Assembly (NCBI GenBank): GCA_903823865.1 | Contig: CAIJUJ010000021.1 | Location: 6,732-70,731 of the forward strand | DNA length: 64,000 nt | Direction: 5' to 3' | Origin: an uncultured bacterium | GTDB lineage: Bacteria; Patescibacteriota; Minisyncoccia; Phycocordibacterales; GWA1-40-21 | In this document: piece by piece, positions 56,405 through 64,000 of the stretch | Numbering within the stretch: position 1 is the first letter of the stretch | Layout of the letters: every line of letters begins with the position of its first letter | The notes under the pieces: model-generated | What the model was told of the DNA's origin: nothing | The model's database searches: none | Seen by the model: only the letters and a program-made list of their open reading frames with translations | Made by a program: the position numbers and the translations under genes

Positions 56405-56442
56405 AAAAATTCCCCAAAATTGAGCATTGGGGAATTTTTTTG
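56405..56442 (+). terminator. rho-independent terminator
   Basis: aaaaattcccc-aaaattgagcatt-ggggaatttttttg. Confidence 0.75.
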
Positions 56443-56466
56443 TAAGCCAATTTATAATAAAACTAT

Positions 56467-56934
56467 TTATTTGAAATATTTGATTAAAAAATCTTTTGTT
56501 TGTTCTGGCCAAATAGTTAGGTTTTTTATTTCTTTTACATCAACCCACATTGGATTATAAATATTTTTTTCTGATGCCCTTCCCACCTCAACGCTATCAT
56601 TTGCCAATTTTGGTACACCGGAAATGTATTTACATAAACAAATATGATGTGTTCTTCCATTTATGTCTATCAAAGAAAAGAGTTTTTTATCAAAGTCGGC
56701 CTTAATTGATGTTTCTTCTAATAACTCACGGGTTGTAGCATAAGCTAATGTCTCACCTTCTTCGACATGACCTCCTGGTAAAACATAATACTCATTATCG
56801 TTTTTGTGACGAAAAATCATTAAAACTTTATTATCCTTGTAAACAAATGCTGTGGCCCTATCGCCTATCATGAAAAAAATTATACCATAAATCATACGAA
56901 CCGGCTGGCCGGAGTTTCTAAGATTTCGAGTCAT
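56467..56934 (-). CDS. NUDIX hydrolase (start more likely the Met at ~56892)
   Basis: Nudix box 'LPGGHVEEGETLAYATTRELLEETS'; the annotated N-terminus runs into the family I repeat. Confidence 0.75.
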   Translation of the reverse strand: MTRNLRNSGQPVRMIYGIIFFMIGDRATAFVYKDNKVLMIFRHKNDNEYYVLPGGHVEEGETLAYATTRELLEETSIKADFDKKLFSLIDINGRTHHICLCKYISGVPKLANDSVEVGRASEKNIYNPMWVDVKEIKNLTIWPEQTKDFLIKYFK

Positions 56935-57117
56935 GCTGGCCGGAGTTTCTCCCTCGACTAAAGCCTCGTCTTCACTCGGCTTTGTCTGGGCACCAGCTCA
57001 TTCACCTCGCAAGCTTGCGAGGTATCATTCCGCTGTTCGAATCCGGACGCAAGCAAAGCAGTTTGCTTGCTCCAGCCGCGCAAATAAAAATAACCACTTT
57101 CGTGGTATTTTTATTTG
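56902..57117 (-). mobile_element. tRNA-3'-linked miniature element, family I (Asp copy), with an extra partial tandem duplication of its distal end
   Basis: 'gctggccgga' at 56904-56913 and 56935-56944 duplicates the tRNA 3' end at 57122-57131; hairpin GCAAGCAAA-GCAG-TTTGCTTGC at 57049-57070; 'gttcgaatccggac' inverted T-arm copy; body 'tcattcaccYcgcaagcttgcgRggtatcattccgctgttc' shared with the Phe copy. Confidence 0.5.
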
Positions 57118-57191
57118 CGCGGCTGGCCGGATTCGAACCGGTGACCTCTCCCGTGACAGGGGAGCGCTCTAACCAACTGAGCTACAACCGC
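57118..57191 (-). tRNA. tRNA-Asp (GTC)
   Basis: Acceptor GCGGUUG/CAGCCGC, anticodon loop CUGUCAC, G73. Confidence 0.85.
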
Positions 57192-57242
57192 ATTTATTGA
57201 CAAACAAAACAATAACAGAAAAATGTTGTTTCTACAATATTT

Positions 57243-57395
57243 TTCTTGTGTCGACGGGTGGAATCTGCTACTACATAGCCAGGTATTTTTCCACCTCGCT
57301 TCGCTCATACGGAAAAATCTTTCAATTCCGCCACGGAGTGAAGCAGTTCACTCCTCTCGCACTCGAATAAAAATGAATATTCATTTTTATTCTTG
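57243..57395 (-). mobile_element. tRNA-3'-linked miniature element, family I (Met copy)
   Basis: 23-nt 'ttcttgtgtcgacgggtggaatc' at 57243-57265 duplicates 57390-57412; hairpin GAGTGAA-GCAG-TTCACTC at 57336-57353 with compensatory stem changes; body homologous to the Gly copy. Confidence 0.55.
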
Positions 57396-57469
57396 TGTCG
57401 ACGGGTGGAATCGAACCACCGACCTTAGCTTTATGAGTGCTATGCTCTAGCCAACTGAGCTACGTCGAC
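57396..57469 (-). tRNA. tRNA-Met (CAT), elongator-type (or tRNA-Ile2/LAU)
   Basis: Acceptor GUCGACG/CGUCGAC, anticodon loop CUCAUAA, G1-C72 paired, A73. Confidence 0.75.
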
Positions 57470-57520
57470 ATATAAAAACCAAAATTAATATAACATTTTT
57501 TCGCCTAAAAACAAATGAAA

Positions 57521-57895
57521 CTACTTGTTTAGATAGTGTTTTAATTGTTTATTTAAATATTTTCTTCCAGAACCACCTTTTAGAAATTTCTCTCTACCAA
57601 CCGCATCATCTATATTCAAATATGCTTCATAATAAACAAGTTTCCAGTTGGTTTTATCTTTTGTAGTTCTACACCCCTTTCCTCTTAGATGGTCAGTGAT
57701 TCTTTGTTTTAGATTTGATGAATATCCAATATAAAAACTCTTATCTTCATTTTGTAAAACATATGTATAATACATTTGGTCATTATCACTTTTATACAAA
57801 AATAAATCAAATTTTTGGCCTGCCACGAGACAAAAACTACCTTGGCCGCGCAAAATAAATTGATTACAATTTATCGCCCGGCTCACGAAAAACAA
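57521..57895 (-). CDS. GIY-YIG nuclease-family protein (UPF0213/YhbQ-like; start probably the Met at ~57772)
   Basis: 'YYTYVLQNEDKSFYIGYSSNLKQRITDH...W.LVYYE' GIY-YIG core. Confidence 0.6.
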   Translation of the reverse strand: MFFVSRAINCNQFILRGQGSFCLVAGQKFDLFLYKSDNDQMYYTYVLQNEDKSFYIGYSSNLKQRITDHLRGKGCRTTKDKTNWKLVYYEAYLNIDDAVGREKFLKGGSGRKYLNKQLKHYLNK

Positions 57896-57898
57896 AAA

Positions 57899-57930
57899 CT
57901 ACCGATAAAATCAGTAGTTTTTGTTTTTCG
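57899..57930. terminator. terminator hairpin
   Basis: aaaaactac-cgataaaatca-gtagttttt. Confidence 0.65.
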
Positions 57931-58004
57931 TGGTTGCGGGGGCCCGAATTGCACGGACGTCTCCAGGTTATGAGCCTGGCGAATTACTGCTACTCTACCC
58001 CGCT
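57931..58004 (-). tRNA. tRNA-Met (CAT), initiator-like, with genomically encoded CCA
   Basis: A1xA72 mismatch; D GAGU/AUUC; anticodon stem CCAGG/CCUGG with loop CUCAUAA; T GUCCG-UGCAAUU-CGGGC; 3' A-CCA encoded; promoter-like TTGAAC..TAAATT upstream. Confidence 0.55.
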
Positions 58005-58085
58005 GTAATTTACATTACAACATAAAAGTTCAAAAAGCAAACAGTTAATAAATAACCAACATAGTAAACAAATAACTAATTTGAA

Positions 58086-58814
58086 CTATATTATTTCAAA
58101 CTCTTCAAAAACTGACTCGTACAATTTAATAACCCTTTTTGCCTCTCTTTGTGTTAGGAGAAATTCTGATCCTTGGTGAGCAATAGCATTTCTAATTTTA
58201 TGTGCTTCCCACGCCTGCTCTAAATGATTAAAATCACTAGGCTCAATCTTTTTTAATTTATCACCTATACTTTCACCATGTAATTGTAAACTTTCCAAAA
58301 GATCATTCAAAATAATATCTGCCTCTAGTATCGCAAGTCTCCACTTACTTGCATCATCGGAATTAATATGTGACTCAACTAATTTCCACTTAGGATTTTC
58401 TATAACAGCGTCTTCTAAATGAATCTTTACTTGTTCACCTTTTGGTAAGACTCTTTCCATAATTTTTTTTCTTATTTTATTTTCTCGAATTATATAAATG
58501 ATAACTAAAATAAAAAGAAAAAAACACAAAAAAACAGAGAAAATAACGAATCTAGCATAAAAATTAATAATGGCAAAAATAATCTTATCAAAAACTGGTT
58601 TCCAACTATCAATATTTTTTGTTACCCAATTATAGGCAATTGTCGCCATACCAACAAGCAAGGATAAAATTACTATAATTTCGAAGGCGGCTAGTGAAAG
58701 GCCTGATTTAATTTCTTTTTTTTCTGCCATATAGATATTATACCATTTTTTATAATTCTCCCAAGAAGTTTTTACCAACAAAAAATAGCTTATCTTCCCT
58801 GCTGTAATCAGCAA
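58086..58814 (-). CDS. membrane-anchored protein with C-terminal HepT-like HEPN domain (start probably the Met at ~58730)
   Basis: Two TM helices; C-terminal 'W..AHKIRNAIAHQG' matches HepT/DUF86 'W..I.g.RN.laH.Y' (Rx4H). Confidence 0.45.
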   Translation of the reverse strand: MLITAGKISYFLLVKTSWENYKKWYNIYMAEKKEIKSGLSLAAFEIIVILSLLVGMATIAYNWVTKNIDSWKPVFDKIIFAIINFYARFVIFSVFLCFFLFILVIIYIIRENKIRKKIMERVLPKGEQVKIHLEDAVIENPKWKLVESHINSDDASKWRLAILEADIILNDLLESLQLHGESIGDKLKKIEPSDFNHLEQAWEAHKIRNAIAHQGSEFLLTQREAKRVIKLYESVFEEFEII

Positions 58815-60246
58815 TAAATTGAATTCCTATTGGTAAGTCTTTTCCATCAATTTTTTTCGTTCCAGATGGAATTGAGATTGCAGGAACCCCAGCCAAGTTT
58901 ATAGGCACGGTAAAAATATCTTCAAGATACATCTGTAATGGATCATCAATTTTCTCACCAATTTTAAATGCAATTCCTGGTGTTGTTGGCGTAGCAATAA
59001 TATCAACCTTTTTAAATGCTTTTTTGTAATCTTCTTTAATTATTTCACGAACAATATTTGCTTTATTGTAATATGCATCATAATAACCAGAAGATAGAAC
59101 ATAGGTGCCAAGAATAATTCTTCTCTTAACTTCCCTACCAAGTCCAGCCTGTCTTGAAAGAAAATAGTCTTCAATTCCTGTAGCACCACTTACTCTTTTT
59201 CCATAACGCATTCCGTCATATCGTGCCATGTTTGAAGAAACTTCTGCTGGAACGATGACGTAATAAACAGCCAAAGAATATTTTAAATTTGGTAATTCAA
59301 TATCAACGATCTCATGACCGAGTTTTTTTAATTTACTTAATGAATCTTCAAAATTTTGAATTATATCTTTATCAATTCCACCAATCTTAAGAAAATCTCT
59401 TGGTACTCCAATTTTTAATTTATTAATTGATAGCTTTTCATCTTTTTTATCTGGAATGGTCGTGCTATCCATTCTATCTTGCCCTTTTATCACATTAAAA
59501 AGTATTTCTGCGTCTTCAACAGTTTTTCCAAACGGACCAATCTGATCAAGTGAAGAACCCATAGCCATTACACCATATCTTGAAACAGCCCCATAAGTTG
59601 GTTTCAAACCGACAATGCCACAAAAGCTTGCTGGCTGCCTAATAGAGCCACCAGTGTCAGAACCAAGCGCTACAAGAGCCATATTCCCAGCCACGGAAGC
59701 CGCAGAACCTCCAGAAGAACCCCCCGGGACTCTTTCTAAATCGTGTGGATTTTTTGTTGGTCCGTAAGCCGAATTTTCGGTTGAGCCCCCCATTGCAAAC
59801 TCATCCATATTTGTTTTTCCAAGAAAAACCACACCCTCTTTTTTGAGTTTTTCTATGACCGTTGCATCATAAGTTGCGACATAATTCTCTAAAATTTTTG
59901 ATGCTGAAGTTGCAATTTTGTCTTTTATTAAAATATTATCTTTAACAGCAATCGGGATTCCGGTAAGCATTCCAGCTTTCCCACTTTTTATTATTTCATC
60001 TGCTTTTTTTGCTTGTGGAATCACATCATTAAAAACAGAAAGATATGCGTGGATATCTTTATCGGATTTTTTAATCTGCTCTAAATATGCAGTTGCCAAT
60101 TCAACAGATGTGTACTCGCCTGTTACGAGTGAATCATGAGCTTTTTTTATTGTTAAATTTTTTAAATCAATAACCATATTATTTTTTTTCAACAAATCTT
60201 CCGTCATTAAGTTTTTCACATTCATTCCATTTATAAATTCTGCCAT
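58750..60246 (-). CDS. gatA: Glu-tRNA(Gln)/Asp-tRNA(Asn) amidotransferase subunit A (start probably the Met at ~60177)
   Basis: Amidase signature 'GGSSGGSAA', Ser-cisSer-Lys triad region. Confidence 0.9.
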   Translation of the reverse strand: MAEFINGMNVKNLMTEDLLKKNNMVIDLKNLTIKKAHDSLVTGEYTSVELATAYLEQIKKSDKDIHAYLSVFNDVIPQAKKADEIIKSGKAGMLTGIPIAVKDNILIKDKIATSASKILENYVATYDATVIEKLKKEGVVFLGKTNMDEFAMGGSTENSAYGPTKNPHDLERVPGGSSGGSAASVAGNMALVALGSDTGGSIRQPASFCGIVGLKPTYGAVSRYGVMAMGSSLDQIGPFGKTVEDAEILFNVIKGQDRMDSTTIPDKKDEKLSINKLKIGVPRDFLKIGGIDKDIIQNFEDSLSKLKKLGHEIVDIELPNLKYSLAVYYVIVPAEVSSNMARYDGMRYGKRVSGATGIEDYFLSRQAGLGREVKRRIILGTYVLSSGYYDAYYNKANIVREIIKEDYKKAFKKVDIIATPTTPGIAFKIGEKIDDPLQMYLEDIFTVPINLAGVPAISIPSGTKKIDGKDLPIGIQFIADYSREDKLFFVGKNFLGEL

Positions 60247-60670
60247 TCATAGCAATATAAACACCGTCTTCCAATAAATTTAAAGCTCCAATTGCAACAC
60301 CAATATTAAATTCCGCATCTGATTCTCTAAATTTGTATGGCTGAGAAGCACCGGTCAAAACAATTGCTTTGCCTTTTATGCTACTCAAAACTTTTGCTGT
60401 TTTTACCATTGTGTCTGTACCATGAGTTATTAATATTTTATTTTCAACAACACTTTTGCAAGATTTTTTTATAATTTGTCTATCGGCATTTGTCATATTT
60501 AAACTATCTTTTGCCAATAAACTTTCAACATCATAATCAAAATTTAATTTTATTTTTCCCCCAGCCATTTCCATAACGGCCTGCTTTCCAAAGGAAAAAT
60601 TCAATGTTCCCTTAACTTCTGAATACTCCTTATCTATAGTTCCCCCTACAGTAAAAATTTTTATTTTCAT
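60179..60670 (-). CDS. L-asparaginase/glutaminase N-terminal-domain-like protein inserted between gatC and gatA
   Basis: 'FTVGGTID' and 'ITHGTDTM' asparaginase motifs; 163 aa (N-domain only). Confidence 0.6.
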   Translation of the reverse strand: MKIKIFTVGGTIDKEYSEVKGTLNFSFGKQAVMEMAGGKIKLNFDYDVESLLAKDSLNMTNADRQIIKKSCKSVVENKILITHGTDTMVKTAKVLSSIKGKAIVLTGASQPYKFRESDAEFNIGVAIGALNLLEDGVYIAMNGRIYKWNECEKLNDGRFVEKK

Positions 60671-60681
60671 AATTTTTATTA

Positions 60682-60966
60682 TTATAATATTTTTTCAACT
60701 TTCAAATAATTATCTTGAGAATTTGGCATACCTGCAACAATATTTTTTGTGTTTGCTCCAGTTTCGTTTTGGTTTTCATCATTTCTTACAACGTTTCGTA
60801 ATTCACCAGCTTTTTTTTCTTCACCAATCTTAGAAACAATCTCTTTTAATTGGGTTACATAATCCAAAATTGGGTCTACTTCTTTAAGCAGTCTTTGCAT
60901 TTCCTCTCTAGTGAGTTCTATTCTTGCTAGTTTGGCTAATTTCTCTATATCTTTAATCTCTAACAT
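60682..60966 (-). CDS. gatC: amidotransferase subunit C
   Basis: 94 aa; 'LAKLARIELTREE' GatC N-terminus; position upstream of gatA. Confidence 0.8.
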   Translation of the reverse strand: MLEIKDIEKLAKLARIELTREEMQRLLKEVDPILDYVTQLKEIVSKIGEEKKAGELRNVVRNDENQNETGANTKNIVAGMPNSQDNYLKVEKIL

Positions 60967-61005
60967 AGAAATAATATAGCATTTTAGACGGCAAAAAGAA
61001 AATAA

Positions 61006-61413
61006 TTAAACCAATTGAACTTTGTCACCGTTTAAAGTAAACAACTCAGTTTCGATAGACAAATTTGGAAACTTTTTGAAAATAGTTAATTTTGCTTTTT
61101 TTAATTCTTCCTCATGAAATTCAATTTCTTGGTTCTGTGACTTAAATTTTTTGCTGCCACCATAAGCCCTACAATCTGTATGGTTTGTTAGAATTAATTT
61201 GTGTGGATGGTGTAATTTTATCGATAACCCGATGTTTTCTAATAAAGTAATTCTGTCCTCTTCTTCAAGTGGTGAGGTAATATTTTTACTAGAACCAGCA
61301 ATTTCAATCAAATCAAAATCACCATATTTTTCTTTTAAAATAGGTAGTGCTTGGGGCCAAAAACGATAATCAATACATAATAATACTAAAGATAAATTCT
61401 TGATTTGGTTCAT
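61006..61413 (-). CDS. short beta-carbonic-anhydrase-like protein
   Basis: 'CIDYRF' (CxDxR) and 'HTDCRAYGG' (HxxC) zinc-ligand motifs; only 135 aa. Confidence 0.4.
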   Translation of the reverse strand: MNQIKNLSLVLLCIDYRFWPQALPILKEKYGDFDLIEIAGSSKNITSPLEEEDRITLLENIGLSIKLHHPHKLILTNHTDCRAYGGSKKFKSQNQEIEFHEEELKKAKLTIFKKFPNLSIETELFTLNGDKVQLV

Positions 61414-61419
61414 TGTAAG

Positions 61420-62472
61420 TTATGGATGGAAAAAGAAAGCCACAGCGATAATAATATATGCCATTACAAGCTGAACCCCCTCAAACCAATTGCACTCACC
61501 ATCCTCAATGATTGCATTAACAATAAATACTGAAAAAATAATTGCGACAAGTTCAAAGGTATTAAAAACCAAACTCATATTGGTTGGGAAAAACAAACTA
61601 ATCAAAACAAGAGCGGGAGCAACAAACATAGCAATCTGGGTTGTGGAACCAATTGAAACTTGAAGTGCAAGATCCATTTTCCCCTTTATGGCCATTGTTA
61701 TCGCCGAGGTGTGTTCTGCGGCATTACCAATAATTGCGACAAAAATGACACCGATAAATAACTCTGTCCAGCCAAAACTTGCGACTAACGGCTCAATTGA
61801 GCCAACTAAGATTTCGCTCATAAACGCAACGGCAACAGTCGATATTAAAAGTATTATTATACTTTTTTTAATACTCCATTTTGCTTCATACTTCCCAACA
61901 TCTTCTGTGTACAAATGTTTATGCGTAAAAAGTGAGAATACCAAACTTGCCAAATAAGAAATAATCATGATGACAGCAATCAAGATACTTAGTTTTTCTA
62001 TAACTCCACCAGTTGCCGAAATTTTAGAAGTCTGAAAAAATATCGCTGGAATCACAAGTGCAATAACAGCCAAAAGTAATGTAGATGCACTGGCTTTTGC
62101 TGCCGTGCCATTAAATGTTTGTTTTGGTCTTTTTACTCCACCAAAAAAGATAGCTGTGCCCAAAACCAAAAGAAGATTTCCTAAAATAGAACCTGTAAGT
62201 GATGCTTTTACAACTTCCGTAAGGCCAGCCTGTAAAGCAAAAATACCGATGATTAACTCTGTCGCGTTACCGAAGGTGGCATTTAGAAAACCGCCCAAAG
62301 CTGGGCCGGTATAAACAGTCAATTCTTCCGTAGCCTCGCCAATATATTTTGCGAGTGGTATAATTGATATTGCGGATAAAATAAATACAAAAATTGCGGG
62401 TAAATTTAATAGGTGCGCGATAATTGTTATTGGTATAAATATTAAAAGAACATTAAAAAATTTATTTAGCAT
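61420..62472 (-). CDS. Ca2+/H+ (CaCA family) antiporter
   Basis: Alpha-repeat motifs 'GNATELII' and 'GNAAEHTSA'; ~10 TM helices. Confidence 0.85.
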   Translation of the reverse strand: MLNKFFNVLLIFIPITIIAHLLNLPAIFVFILSAISIIPLAKYIGEATEELTVYTGPALGGFLNATFGNATELIIGIFALQAGLTEVVKASLTGSILGNLLLVLGTAIFFGGVKRPKQTFNGTAAKASASTLLLAVIALVIPAIFFQTSKISATGGVIEKLSILIAVIMIISYLASLVFSLFTHKHLYTEDVGKYEAKWSIKKSIIILLISTVAVAFMSEILVGSIEPLVASFGWTELFIGVIFVAIIGNAAEHTSAITMAIKGKMDLALQVSIGSTTQIAMFVAPALVLISLFFPTNMSLVFNTFELVAIIFSVFIVNAIIEDGECNWFEGVQLVMAYIIIAVAFFFHP

Positions 62473-62583
62473 ATATAATTTTATTTGTTAATAATAAGTA
62501 AAATTATATCATAGCCAATATTTTAGACTAGACCCAATGTATTATATAAAACCGCAATAATTATAAATAATTAATAAAACACC

Positions 62584-62871
62584 ATGGAAATAAAGAAAAT
62601 TTATGCCTCAAAATATGGCCAGACTGTGCACACAATGAAACCCCAATATGAGGTAAGGGGTGATGCCGTTTATAGGACTATTTATCACCCGCTCGGTGGT
62701 AATGCAGCATTGCCAGATTTTAAAATAAGAGGTGATAAAATGTATACGACAGCCCACCACGAGGCAGGAGCTCAACCAAATGCTTGGTATACTATTAAGG
62801 ACGGTGCAATACATAATACTGGTTATCATCCTGAGGGAGTAAAAGCAAGGGCATCATTTCACCTAAGGTAA
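62584..62871 (+). CDS. small protein with three ~25-aa repeats ('RGDxxYxTxxHxxG'), locally GC-rich
   Basis: Repeats 'VRGDAVYRTIYHPLGG / IRGDKMYTTAHHEAG / IKDGAIHNTGYHPEG'; own terminator. Confidence 0.4.
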   Translation: MEIKKIYASKYGQTVHTMKPQYEVRGDAVYRTIYHPLGGNAALPDFKIRGDKMYTTAHHEAGAQPNAWYTIKDGAIHNTGYHPEGVKARASFHLR

Positions 62872-62875
62872 ATAA

Positions 62876-62903
62876 TAAATGGCGGCTTAAGGCCGCCTTT
62901 TAT
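62876..62903 (+). terminator. rho-independent terminator
   Basis: ggcggc-ttaa-ggccgcc + ttttatt. Confidence 0.75.
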
Positions 62904-63043
62904 TATTTAATGATTTTTATAAAATCACTTTCATTTAATATTTTTACTCCAAGTTTTTCTGTTTCGCACCAAGCTAATTCGCTTTCCATCTTAAGGGAGC
63001 GGGCTTGGTGCATGGACTCCGCTACAATGTGATTGTAATTATT

Positions 63044-64000
63044 TTATTGTTTAATTAGAGATATGAAATCTTTTTCTGAAAGAATCTTAACATTTAACCG
63101 CTCCGCCTTATCAAGTTTTGAGCCTGGATTTTCTCCACAAACTAAATAAGAAGTTTTTGAAGAAACTGATTCAGAAATATCTCCACCACGTGCACGGATT
63201 TCATCTTTTGCCTCATCGCGTGACATTGATGAAAGTGTTCCCGTAACAACAAAAGATTTCCCTAATAATTTTCCCGCACTCACCCCGAGGTTCAACCTCG
63301 TGATTTCTATTTTTACTTGTTTTAGAAGCCTATCAATAAGTTTGCTATTTTCTTTATCTAAAAACCAATCATAAACAGACTGTCCAACAATATCTCCAAC
63401 CCCATTTATTTTTTGCAATTCTAAAACATCAGCTTTTTTAATTTTATCCAGTGTGCCAAAATTTTTTGCTAAATCTATTGCTGTTTCTTCTCCCACTTGC
63501 GGAATAGAGAGTGAAACTATAAATCTGTTTAGGGCGACTTCTCTTGCATTTTCTATTGACGAGAGGAGGTTATCTACTGATTTTTCTGCAAATCTTGGTA
63601 ATGCTAGCAAATCCCCCTTTTTAAGAGTAAAAATATCATCAAAATTTGTTATAAGACCATTATCAAGCAATGCGTCTATTATTCTTGGCCCGCACCCATC
63701 CATATTAAAAGCTTTTTTTGAAACAAAATGATAAAACTTTCTTTTTTGTTGTGCAAATGAATTTTTATTTACACATCTCCAAGCAGCTTGCCCAGGAATT
63801 CTTTCTATCTTTCCATCTCCTCCACAAGCATCTATTTTTTTAGGAAAAACAAAGACTTTTTCTTTTCCCGAACGTAGCTCTTTCAAAACTTCCACAATAT
63901 CTGGAATAACATCACCAGCTTTTTGTAAAATAACTGTATCTCCAATTCTAATATCTAATCTTTTTATTTCATCTTCGTTATGAAGTGTAGCGCGAGAAAC
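63044..64000 (-). CDS. ligA: NAD-dependent DNA ligase LigA, C-terminal part (N-terminus beyond the window end)
   Basis: Reading frame open to 64000: '...ATLHNEDEIKRLDIRIGDTVILQKAGDVIP', Zn-finger 'CGGDGK...C', HhH and BRCT 'FVVTGTL'. Confidence 0.9.
   Translation of the reverse strand, partial: VSRATLHNEDEIKRLDIRIGDTVILQKAGDVIPDIVEVLKELRSGKEKVFVFPKKIDACGGDGKIERIPGQAAWRCVNKNSFAQQKRKFYHFVSKKAFNMDGCGPRIIDALLDNGLITNFDDIFTLKKGDLLALPRFAEKSVDNLLSSIENAREVALNRFIVSLSIPQVGEETAIDLAKNFGTLDKIKKADVLELQKINGVGDIVGQSVYDWFLDKENSKLIDRLLKQVKIEITRLNLGVSAGKLLGKSFVVTGTLSSMSRDEAKDEIRARGGDISESVSSKTSYLVCGENPGSKLDKAERLNVKILSEKDFISLIKQ

Noticed and set aside
56933-57450. ORFs 56933-57172, 56982-57200, 57111-57308, 57223-57450
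   Set aside because: They overlap tRNA-Asp, tRNA-Met and the family I elements; translations are low-complexity.
1372-57469. Integrase or transposase genes that could explain the tRNA-flanking elements
   Set aside because: No tyrosine/serine recombinase or DDE transposase ORF is present anywhere in the window. The elements are too small to encode one, so any mobilising enzyme would act in trans.

Overview
AT-rich (~33% GC), gene-dense bacterial window with a minimalist, Patescibacteria/CPR-like character: short proteins, many apparent gene starts without Shine-Dalgarno motifs, housekeeping genes scattered rather than in classical operons. Recognisable genes: lepA, clpB, IscS-like cysteine desulfurase, infB-rbfA, RNR with ATP-cone, ABC-2 exporter, htpX, lemA+DUF2207, secG, OppA-like SBP, RNase J, CcdA/thioredoxin cluster, sensor kinase, hisS, ftsEX, prfB, gatC-(asparaginase-like)-gatA, CaCA antiporter, ligA (5'-truncated by the window end). 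I read 15 tRNA genes from the sequence; none overlaps a real CDS. The most unusual content is non-coding and tRNA-linked. (1) Eight tRNAs are directly followed by members of two conserved families of ~150-350-bp elements. Family I sits after Phe, Gly, Asp and Met. Family II sits after Cys, Leu-TAA and Leu-TAG. Each element begins with a terminator hairpin and an inverted copy of that tRNA's own T-arm. Family I ends in a 10-23-nt direct duplicate of the tRNA 3' end, an att-like architecture, yet no integrase is present. Conserved hairpins (GCAG loop in family I, CAGCAG loop in family II) show compensatory stem changes. (2) Two MITE-like elements with ~20-bp terminal inverted repeats lie in the promoter regions of tRNA-Gly and tRNA-Tyr. 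(3) clpB and RNase J share a ~200-nt three-block structured 5' leader that ends at the start codon. (4) The RF2 start codon abuts a tRNA-Thr 3' end, and this RF2 lacks the autoregulatory frameshift site. Protein-level oddities: an asparaginase-like ORF between gatC and gatA; a membrane-anchored HepT-like HEPN protein; paralogous Cys-rich membrane proteins flanking an orphan histidine kinase; a four-zinc-ribbon protein with the only strong SD in the window; three Nudix and two CYTH genes. All calls are from reading the sequence; no searches were run.
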